Shown here: positions 10,701 to 19,511 of the stretch, one piece after another
Layout of the letters: every line of letters starts with the position of its first letter
Numbering within the stretch: position 1 is the first letter of the stretch
Translations under genes and position numbers: made by a program
Source of the DNA: Azolla caroliniana
Lineage: Eukaryota > Plantae > Polypodiophyta
Direction: 5' to 3'
Length of the DNA: 19,511 nt
NCBI GenBank assembly: GCA_043228905.1
Contig: JBHGNT010000600.1
Location: 1-19,511, forward strand
Notes under the pieces: model-generated
What the model was told of the DNA's origin: nothing
The model's database searches: none
The model's input: only the letters and a program-made list of their open reading frames with translations

Positions 10701-13517
10701 CTGGACCCCCAGCTCTATCAGCACCAAATTCACCTAAGTACGAACGTGAAACCGATCGCTCAACGGAGGTACCGGATGAATCCGAATTATGCGGCGAAGG
10801 TGAAGGAGGAGATTGATAAGCTCCTCCGGGTCGGATTTATCCGACCGGTCAAGCAGGCAACCTGGCTAAGTCCGATAGTGGTGGTCCCGAAAAAGAACGG
10901 CAAAATCCAGGTATGCGTGGACTACCACAAACTAAATGCCGCAACAGTGACCGATGCGTTTCCACTACCATTTACGGACGGGGTGTTAGATGCGGTAACT
11001 GGCCACGAAGTTTACAGCTTCCTGGATGGATTTAGCGGCTACAACCAAATACGAATAAGCCCGGCCGACCAGGAGAAGACAACATTCGTTACGAAATGGG
11101 GAGTGTTCGTCGCGGTCATGATGATGTTCGGACTAAAGACGGCCCCAACGACCTTTCAATGGATAATAATGGAAATTTTCGGGGAATATATCCCCGGTTT
11201 TATGCAGGTCTTCCTTGACGATTTCGCGGTCTACAGCCGGCACGGAGAGCATCTCGATCACCTCCGGCTGTGCTTGGAGAAGTGTCGCGAGTACCGGTTG
11301 AGTCTGAACCCGGCCAAGTGCGTCTTTGGAGTGGCAAGCGGCAACTTACTAGGGCACGTGGTGAGTAAGGAAGGAATCGCGGTAGATCCGGATAAAGTAA
11401 AGGCGATTCTCGAGGCACGAACACCAAATAACGCAAAGGCTTTAAGCCGGTTCCTGGGCCAAATAAGGTGGCATAGCCGGATGATACGGCACCTCGCAAA
11501 CTTCGCTACACCATTGCATACCGCCGTACACAGGGTACCCTTCCTATCGGCGGAGACGGAGGAAGCCTACCAAGCGTTGAAGGTTATGCTGTCACAAGCT
11601 CCGGTGGTGCAACCGCCGGATTGGAGTAAAAGCTTTCATGTGTTCGTCGACGCGTCGGACGTAGCAATCGGCAGCATTCTGATGCAACTCACGGAGCCGA
11701 AATGGTACCGACCGGTGTACTACGCAAGCCGGAAACTCTCAAAAGCCGAACGGAACTACTCTACGACGGAACGCGAGGCATTAGGAATGGTGTATAGTGT
11801 CACAAAGTACAGGCACTATCTGCTCGGAAGGAAGTTTTCCTTCCATGTCGACCATTCTGCACTACTCTACCTGGTCTCGAAGGCATCCCTAACGGGAAAA
11901 ATTGCACGATGGACACTGCTGTTACAGGAATTTGAATTCAACATTTTCCACCGACCCGGGGCGCAGCATGCGGTAGCGGACTACCTAAGCAGACTTGAAT
12001 CCGGAGAAGCAGGGGACGGCGTCCAAGATGAGTTCCCCGACGCCGAGTTGTTCCGGATCACGACGAAACCGGCAACGGATGCAACGGTAGCCGATGAAGA
12101 CACGTGGCTAACTGAGATGCATCAGTTCCTGAGCACCGGAGTACCCCCGAAGAACATGGACCGTGATGAAAGGAAAAGGGTAGCAGTAAGAAGCAGACAT
12201 TTCTGCTTGGTTGGAGACACCCTCTATCACAAGGGGGCAGATGGCATCTGGAGACGAGCAGTGCGGAGCGATGAGAAGGAACTAATCCTTAGGGAAGCCC
12301 ACTGTGGAATTGCCGGCGGGCATTATGCCGGCGACGCAACCGCTCGGAAAATATGGCAGAGCGGACTGTGGTGGCCCACCACCCTAAAAGATGCCGTGAA
12401 GTATAGCAGAGAATGCGATTTGTGTCAACGACTGGGCCAACCCACGGAGCAGGCCCGGATGCCACACCACCCGGTCTTGCCATTGGAACCGTTTCAAAAG
12501 TGGGGTTTGGACTTTGTCGGTCCCTTCAAGCCACCGGCAATGCGAACCGGAAATCGGTATGTCATAGTGGCGACCGACTATTGCACCAAATGGGTAGAAG
12601 CGAAGGCCTTACGGGACAACACGGCCGCGTCCATGGCAAAGTTCTTGTACGAGTGCATATGGTGCCGGTATGGATGCCCGATCGAGCTTATAAGTGACCA
12701 AGGAGGACACTTTCTCGGGCAGGTAGTAGAAAGCCTGACGTCATTTTACGCGGTGGTACATAAAAGGAGTACTCCCTACTACCCTCAAGCCAATGGACTA
12801 GCGGAATCGACGAACAAAACTCTGTAGAACATCCTACGAAAAATCGTCAACGAGAACCGGACCGACTGGGATACGAAATTGTAGAGCGCGCTATGGGCGT
12901 ACCGAACAATGTACAAAACCAGCATCCGGACAACCCCGTTCCGACTAGCATTCGGTTTGGAAGCGGTCATGCCGGTAGAGTTCCAGATCCCCAGCTTACG
13001 GATCTAGGTAAAGGAGCGCTTAAGTGAGAAGGAGTCCGAACGAATCCGGCTGGCGACGTTGTGGGAATTAGAAGAAAACCGAATAGCCAGCTTACTACAA
13101 CTCGAACTGGAGCAAAGGAGGAGAAAAGCTTTCGTGGACCGACACCGGCGTGGCAACGAAAAAGAGTTCGAAGTCGGGAAACCGGTGCTACTGTTCTAGA
13201 CACGGATGGGGAACATGCCGGGAAAGTTGCGGTTTCGGTGGACCGGACCGTTCTGGATCACCAAGGAGTACAATGGGTCGTATCAGCTCGGCACGTTGTC
13301 TGGAGAAGTCATCGGTAAGTGGGCAAATGGGTTTCGGCTAAAGCCGTATAAGGGAAATATGCCAGCCAACCCGTTCAAGAAAAACCCAGAAATCCGGCAC
13401 GATGAGGAACCGACACCGACAGACGCTGCTGCAGATATCCGGACCGAGGAAGAACCGACACCGATACTGACAAAGACTATCCCGGAAAACCGACAGAAGG
13501 ATCCGGTATCAGCGTGA
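7712..13517 (+). pseudogene. gag-pol: gag-pol polyprotein of D (single ancestral frame), lightly disabled
   Basis: ATG 7712; TGA ~7745; +1 G near 8399; TAA 8607; open 8625..12824; in-frame TAGs at 12825, 12882, 13005 and 13197; ends 13517. Domains: capsid (LEGPAARW, RQEENETV), 3 CCHC knuckles, protease IIDGGSGVN (~9966), RT FLDGFSGYNQI and VFLDDF (~11211), RNase H VDAS (~11649), integrase HHCC/DDE, RWTGPF. Confidence 0.96.
8147..8290 (+). repeat. 36-bp in-frame tandem repeat x4 in the gag N-terminal extension
   Basis: DRIPTTPAKEPK / ERILTTPAEEPK / DRTPATPAEELK / ERIPAPTAEEPK. Confidence 0.9.
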
Positions 13518-13732
13518 ACCGACCCGAACAAATCGGGGGGGACCAGAAAATGACATGGTCCAAACAAACGGAAAAAAATAAATAAATAAATAAAATTAGA
13601 GTAATGATGGAGAGATCACAAGAGGTGGGAGCGCCACCATGCAACAAAGAGGCGCCATGCAGTAAAGGAGGACGTGCGCGTACTACCTATTTAAAGCATG
13701 GAACGTGGGCACCGACATACGAGGTATTACTC

Positions 13733-13814
13733 ACACGTGGCAAACAAGAAAGGACATACTAATTATGGCGGGAGATAGACATGCGCGGGAAACGAAAAAG
13801 GGCGGCTATATAAG
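13733..13814 (+). promoter_or_regulatory. Candidate internal promoter upstream of the extra ORF (G-box/ABRE-like ACACGTGGC and TATATAAG)
   Basis: ACACGTGGC at 13733-13741 and TATATAAG at 13807-13814; ATG at 13950. Motif match only. Confidence 0.4.
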
Positions 13815-13949
13815 ACACAGGCCTGCGAAGGACTTACTTTTTACGAATTTTCCTACACACAGGCGCAGAAGCACAGAAGAGCGATCCGACGCACAGCACA
13901 CACACATCCCGATCCCGAACAACAGACAGCAGAAGAAGAATTCGAACCA

Positions 13950-16870
13950 ATGGCACTGTCGGAGGAGGCACGCCAATGGATGAGGGAGAACGGGTTAGAA
14001 GGATTGTTGTGGATCGTCGACGCTCCACCACACGCAGAACCAGAGCAGGCGGCAGCATCGATTGATTTATCAGAAATCACGGAAGGAGTGGTGCAGGCGC
14101 TCACGAGGATAAAAGCAGGAGGACTTCAAACGATCGAAAACCCTTCAAGTGAAATCTTGTTCGAATATTTCGGTGAGTATTCCATCAGCAACAAGGCGTA
14201 CCGAACACAGGGCGAAGAGAACCTGCTGTTCGGAGAAGTGGCCCGCGCCATGATGGAATACGGATTTGTGAATTCTCGTCCCCCGGCCATAGCCAGGTAC
14301 CAGGCAGCGTTCTTAATTGCAACATACGAAGGATTACAAGTGGACTGGCTCCATTTCATAACCGAAGGATTGAAGGAGGCCATCAAGAACCTTGTGGAAG
14401 GAAAAAAGCCATGGGCCGGGATAGCACAATGGCTAACGGTGTTAGTCCCACCGGTACTCCCCATCAAACAAAAGAAAAGAGGTCGGCAGGAGACGACGCC
14501 GAAAAAGGTCACAAAGCGCCGACATATCCTGGAGAAACACACCCCCGGATGGACCCAGGAAGAAGCAGAACAGCGGGAGGAAGGACCATCCCGACAGCAA
14601 CAGGAACCGGCAACAACGGCAAAACCGGCAGGAAAAGGCAAAGGAAAATCGGCCGAGCAGGAACCGGTAGTGCTCAAACCAATCAATATAACGCTGCGAC
14701 GGACGGAACCGGAACCAGAGGTCTTTATACAAAAGGTTCGTCTGGTAGCTGCACCGGAGGAGGAAGCTGAAATAGAAGACTCATCCGAACCACTGGTAAG
14801 ACTCCCAGCAAGACAAGGTCGGGAGAGACGGGCGAGAGGACCGGCTCCACCAGTTGACAAAACTCAGCAGAGGGCGCAAGGATCACCTCCAGTAGCGGGG
14901 GCGGAAGCAGTACCGGAACCCGTACCGAGGGAAGCAGCACCGACACCGGTTGTGCCGGACTTCAGAGAACCGGTCATTCCAGAGAAGAGGAATGAAGAAG
15001 CGCCGGAGCCAGAGAAAAGGCCGGAAAAATAGCCTGAGTTAGGGAGTAGAAGTGAGCAATTCTACCCCGACACAGGAAGCACAAAGCCACAATGGCTGAG
15101 ATGGCTTTCGGAGCAGTTATCGGGAGTAGCGGACCAGTTAGAGGAAGAAGAAACGTGTAGGCAACATCTGACGCATACAACAACCCAGGAGTTGGTCGCA
15201 CTCCGAACACAAATCCAGGAATTGCAAGGGGAGTTTTTGCAGGCAAGGGAAGGAATTCAACAAGCACAAGTTGTCACCGAGCCGGTCGGGACAACAAGGA
15301 AGCAACTAGAACCGGAACCGGAACCGGTAGCCTTGCAAACCGGCCCTAAGACCGAAAAAATAATAGAAACCTTGCGAGAGGAGTTAAAATCTCAGGAGGC
15401 ATTAAGGGAAGAAGAAAGGGAGCAACAGAAAGCAGTGGAGGACGACAGACGGAAAATGGAAGAAGGCCTCCGGAAAGGCCGAGCCACTAATGACCGACTC
15501 CAAGAAGAAAAAGAGAAGCTGCAAAAGGAGAAGGACCGGCTGCGTCGACAGGCCGAGCAGGAGATAGAACGACTGCAGGAGGAACTCCGACAACAGAAGG
15601 ACCAGGACGACCGGTTAAGAGCTCAGGTAAACCGACGCCTGAAGCAGAAGACAGAGAACTTCGACCAACTCTACCGAGATCACAAGCAGGCCGAGTCGGA
15701 CAACAAGAAACGGGCAGCAGACTACGACCGGCAAATAGAGAAGCTGAAAGAACAGCTCAAAGAGACCCGATTAGACCTGGCTAAGACAATGTACGTGGTC
15801 AGTGCCAAAAAGGAAGCATTGTCGGCGGAAATAACCCAAGCGACGGAGAGACTGAAGGAATTAGAGACGCTAAGGCGGGAAAAGCTAGATCTGACCAAGA
15901 TCAGGAATGAAGAAAAGGAAAGATCGACCTTCACGATCAACAAACTGCAAAGTACCTATGAAAAGCAGAAAGCGGATTACGAAGCCCAGGCTCAGATAAT
16001 GGCCGACATTATAAAACGAGCAAGGAAGGAAAAGCAAGAAGCTTATGCGCATGCTAAGGCGGGGGTTGACCGGATCAAGCTCATCATGTCAAGTTGGAGT
16101 ACCCGAGCTCAGGCAAGCATCAACGAAAGTACGGAAAAGCTATGGAAGGAGTGGTCACAACAGGCAGCCGAGCTGCAGACACTCCGAGCTGATGCCGAGA
16201 ATCGGAGGAAGACCGGTGACAAGTTCTACAAGATGGATGAAGAAAGTGTCGTTGCCATTCGGGAAGAATTGTCGGAGGATTTCTACGCTTTAGCGGAAGA
16301 ACATCTCAAAGAAATCCGAGGGTTGGTAGAGAGGTTGGATGACGGGCAGCTCGCAACTCAGTTGGAGTTGGAGAAATACGAGCAGGACCGGTTACGACAG
16401 GAAGCCAAGGGAAGAACGACGCCAATCACTATAAGTGAGGGAGAGCGACCGGCTGAAGCTGAACCAACCGACACCGAACAACCCCGACAAGGAATACCCG
16501 AAGAAGAACTTCCGTTCCAAGGAAATCAAGAAGAGCAGGTGCAGACCGATGCCGGGGATGAAGAAGAGCTGAGACCGGAAGACACCGGAGCAGAGGAAGA
16601 AGGCGCACCGAGCCGACCAGTCGAGACCGGAGAAAGCGACACTGGTAACAGAACAGAGCCTGGAACGGAGGGAGAACAGGAAGAACCCGGACGGAGCGGA
16701 GAGGAAGCACCGGCACCACAGAATCAAGCAGAGCCGGAGCAGCAACTTTTTCGGAACAGCCAACCCAACCGGAGGTCGGAGACCAGGCAGGCAAGGAACA
16801 GGAATTGGAGGAAGAAGCACCACTTGACACCTTCGAGCAGAGTGTGCTCGATATTTTGGAGGAAGAATGA
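13950..16870 (+). pseudogene. Extra 3' ORF of D (~970 codons): conserved N-domain, basic patch, P/E linker, long coiled coil, acidic tail
   Basis: ORFs 13950..15032 and 15192..16985 share a frame and are separated by a single TAG at 15030. The conserved C-terminus PLDTFEQSVLDILEEE* is in the -1 frame and ends at 16870. Confidence 0.88.
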
Positions 16871-16902
16871 GGCCGGGAGTGGATTCGAAGTGCAAGGCAC
16901 TT

Positions 16903-16918
16903 TCCCACGGGCGTGCCA
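16903..16918 (+). promoter_or_regulatory. tRNA-3'-end-like motif (antisense PBS) at the PPT position of D
   Basis: TCCCACGGGCGTGCCA, 2 nt before the LTR start; identical in C. Confidence 0.75.
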
Positions 16919-16920
16919 TG

Positions 16921-17310
16921 TGTTGACCGGTCAAAAGAGCAAGGGCAAGTGGGAAGGCGGAGTCGGATCTGATAATAGGAAGTAAATAATAGTATAATTA
17001 TTATTCGGAGGGACGGATCCGGTACAGTTGTACCGATCCGGATCCAGACCGATTCGGATGCCGGTTGCCTAAGCGCACCGATTGTAACCTTGCCGGATGC
17101 CTATAAAAGGATCCGATGATTTGTAAAGGCTTGACAAAAGTAATACAAAAGTAATTATTGTGTGTTTATCTGTATCTTTGTATTGTTTTACCGTCTGTGC
17201 TTAATTGTAATCATCTTACGCGTGTAACCTAGCGTCCAATCCTTACCATCCCTTTGGAGAAGTGTCAGATAGACACCTGTGTTGAGGCTAGTCCGGCCAG
17301 GTAGACAACA
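16921..17310 (+). repeat. 3' LTR of D (390 bp)
   Basis: Direct repeat of 7271-7660. Confidence 0.97.
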
Positions 17311-17315
17311 CTTGA
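17311..17315 (+). repeat. Right target-site duplication of D (CTTGA)
   Basis: Identical to 7266-7270. Confidence 0.95.
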
Positions 17316-17883
17316 TTGACGAGAGCTCCGCGCAATGGTGGGACAAATGGGCAAAGCACACAGCCGAGCTCCAGTTGCTACGGGCGGACGCGGAAAACCG
17401 GCAGAAGGATGGCGACGACTGCTACATGCTAACGAAGGAGAACTTCACCGCCATAAGAGATGAGTTAGCTGAAGATTTTGTAACTCTAGTGGAGGAGCAG
17501 TCAGCAGTGGTCCGACAACTTGTAGCACAGCTAGATGATGATCGAATGGATGCTCAAATCCAGTTTGAAAGCCATGAACAGACCAGGCTATGGAGAGAAG
17601 AAGCAAAGCAGGCGGTGACCGTCAACCTTAGCGATGAGGAGCCATCACCGGAGCAAGGACTAGACGGAGACAAGGCCGGGGCGAGTCAACCGGAGTCAAA
17701 TCCGGCGGAGCAGCTAACGGAGGAATCACCGCCAAACCGCCAGTATCGGGAGCCGAACACACGCCCTCTCAGGAGCAACAGTCGGGGGAGCCGCAGCCAC
17801 AGCAGCAACAACAACAACAGAGTTCCGAACAACCATTGGATACCCTGGAGGAGAGTATTCTGGATATCTTGGACGAAGAATAA
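17316..17883 (+). pseudogene. Extra 3' ORF of C, 3' portion
   Basis: IDESSAQWWDKWAKHTAELQLLRADAENRQK...AIRDELAEDF matches D INESTEKLWKEWSQQAAELQTLRADAENRRK...AIREELSEDF. The -1 frame ends PLDTLEESILDILDEE* at 17883. Confidence 0.88.
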
Positions 17884-17917
17884 AGGCCAGATAGTGGGAT
17901 TCAACGTACAAGGTACT

Positions 17918-17934
17918 GTCCCACGGGCGTGCCA
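17918..17934 (+). promoter_or_regulatory. tRNA-3'-end-like motif (antisense PBS) at the PPT position of C
   Basis: GTCCCACGGGCGTGCCA, 2 nt before the inferred LTR start. Confidence 0.72.
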
Positions 17935-17936
17935 TG

Positions 17937-18385
17937 TTTTACCCGGCCGGCAAAGGAGTAGAGACCAGAATGTGAAAGGGATGGTTATTCGGAAAATATT
18001 TTAATTAAGTAAAGTAGATTATAATTATGTAGTGAACAGACGGACCGGAATCGGTATGCCGATCCGGATCCAGACCGGTTCTGAACAAGTTCCGGTTGGC
18101 ACCGTTTTGTACGCAGCACCGGTGACCTGTATAAAGGCCCGGTTACAATGTATAACTTTGACGGAATATTAATAGAAGCTTCTTGTTTTATCTTCACGTA
18201 TTGATTACCGTTCTGTATTAATTGTTATATCTTATGCGTGTATTAAGTGAATGCCTTATTGCTAAGTAGCCAATTAAGTCGGATTAATCGTTGTGTCTTA
18301 AGTTATCTCGCCGTAACACCCCTTTGGTGAAGTGTCTTCCGGAGATACCCTGTGTTAGGCCATTGTCCGGCCCTAAGAATTAACA
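17937..18385 (+). repeat. 3' LTR of C (~449 bp)
   Basis: TTTTACCCGGCCG (cf. B: TGTTACCCGGCCG, so a probable G>T at base 2) to GTCCGGCCCTAAGAATTAACA. TATAAA near 18130. The next 5 nt, ATATC, are the predicted TSD. Confidence 0.88.
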
Positions 18386-19511
18386 ATATCGACCTATGGC
18401 ACAAACAGTTCGGCCACATCAACTTCCCACGGCTTCGAGAGATGCAAACGAAAAACATTGTTCTCGACTTGCCGAAATTCAGTGGCCGAAAAGGCCAAGT
18501 CTGGAAGCCTACCAATTAGGGAAGCATCACCGACTTCCGTTCCCAAATCAAAGAAATCAGAGCCGAAACAAGCTCGATTTAATCCATTCAGACGTATGGG
18601 AACCGACACAGAATGTGACTCTCAATGGGAGCCGATAATTCGTGACTTTCATCGATGATTTCACTCAGCATACCTGGGCATGCACGATAGAGAAGAAAAG
18701 TGAAGTCTTCTCCTATTTCCTGAAGCTGAAGATCCTTGCCGAACGAGAGACAGGTCGTAAAATCAAATGTCTCAGGACCAATGGCGGAAAGGAGTACTTC
18801 TCCGACCAATTCTCCCGTTATCTACAAAAGGAAGGAATTCGGCTCGAATTCTCCTATAGATACACGCTGCAATAGAATGGCGTGGCCGAGCGGAGGAATC
18901 GGACGATCGAAGAAGGGGCCAAGGCAATGCTCGAAAAGAAGCATATACCGAAATTTTATTGGGCCGAAGTCGTGAAGACAGATGTTTCCCTGCAGAATCA
19001 GAGTTCTGCAAATGGAGAAGTGTCACCACATGAGTCGTACTAGGGAAGGTGCTGAACTTGGCACACTTAAGGGTTTTCAACAGTATAGCATATGTACACA
19101 TGCCGAAGAAGAAACGAAGGAAGTTAGATGCAAAAGCCGAAAAGTGTATCCTGGTCGGTTACTTGGACAAAACAAAAAGGTTATAAATGTTACAACCCCC
19201 TGACTAAGCCGAGATGTCGTGTTCAACAATTCGGCTTCGTGGTACTTTCCTTCACCACCTACCACCATGCACTCCATTCTGAACTCTGAGGATGAAGCTA
19301 GTGAGACCGAGATGCCTCCGCGTAGTGAGGAAATCAGAGCTCTGAGAGATAGTCCGAACTCATTTCGGCTAAGTGGGCAGAATGAGGGGCTGACCCGATA
19401 TGGTCAGCCGAGTGAAGAGCCGGCGAGTAGTGAAGACTCGACCATGCAATCCCCACCCAAGGAACTCAGGAGACGGTTTACGTGCAGGGAGAAGGGAAAG
19501 AAGAAGATGTT
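18386..19511 (+). pseudogene. pol: Decayed Ty1/copia element E: GAG-pre-integrase, integrase core and SH3-like region; host of element C
   Basis: DLWHKQFGHINF, LDLIHSDVW, FVTFIDDFT, KIKCLRTNGGKEY, Q*NGVAERRNRTI, KLDAKAEKCILVGY; several stops and frameshifts. Confidence 0.92.

Larger units (their letters stand above)
7271..17310 (+). mobile_element. Full-length Ty3/gypsy non-chromovirus (Athila/Tat-related) LTR retrotransposon D, 10,040 bp
   Basis: Two 390-bp TG...CA LTRs, 5-bp TSD, PBS, gag-PR-RT-RH-INT order and an extra 3' ORF. No chromodomain and no second RNase H evident. Confidence 0.97.
2937..18385 (+). mobile_element. Ty3/gypsy non-chromovirus element C (RNase H end, integrase, extra ORF, 3' LTR), interrupted by D at 7271-17315; 5' half outside the window
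   Basis: Pol and extra ORF are homologous to D. Removing D and one TSD restores the reading frame (KTKRL|IDESS). The LTR ends TAACA at 18385, followed by copia integrase. Confidence 0.9.

Noticed and set aside
15192-16400. Captured host myosin/SMC-like gene
   Set aside because: Generic coiled-coil composition, intronless, and present at the same position in both elements, so it is element-encoded.
16858-16867. GGAGGAAGAA as the PPT of D
   Set aside because: It lies over 50 nt from the LTR, is explained by the Glu codons of the acidic tail, and is interrupted in C (GGACGAAGAA).
16871-16920. A complete tRNA gene or SINE
   Set aside because: Only T-arm and acceptor 3'-strand resemblance; no D or anticodon arm is visible.
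17279-17315. N-terminus of ORF 17279..18004
   Set aside because: Chimeric read-in from the D LTR and TSD into C's extra ORF; not a real start.

Overview
This window is a plant-type heterochromatic nest made entirely of LTR retrotransposons, with no host gene. Five elements can be resolved. (E) A decayed Ty1/copia integrase region at 18386-19511 is the outermost host. (C) A non-chromovirus Ty3/gypsy element (Athila/Tat-related, + strand) spans 2937-18385, with its 3' LTR at 17937-18385. (D) A structurally complete 10,040-bp relative of C at 7271-17310 has 390-bp LTRs with 13 mismatches and a CTTGA target-site duplication, and is inserted in C's extra 3' ORF. (B) The 5' LTR, PBS and gag start of a third relative lie on the - strand at 2010-2936, inserted in C's RNase H. 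(A) The RT/RNase H end and 3' LTR of a second copia at 1-2009 is inserted in B's gag. The gypsy family carries a roughly 970-codon extra ORF after pol, with a coiled-coil region and a conserved acidic tail. Most striking, both gypsy 3' LTRs lack a polypurine tract. In its place is an identical 18-mer, TCCCACGGGCGTGCCA-TG, that reads like a tRNA-Arg 3' end, i.e. a second, antisense PBS. It is preceded by a covarying hairpin. This suggests plus-strand synthesis primed by a tRNA or tRNA mimic. The tRNA assignments are from recalled plant tRNA sequences and need a database check.
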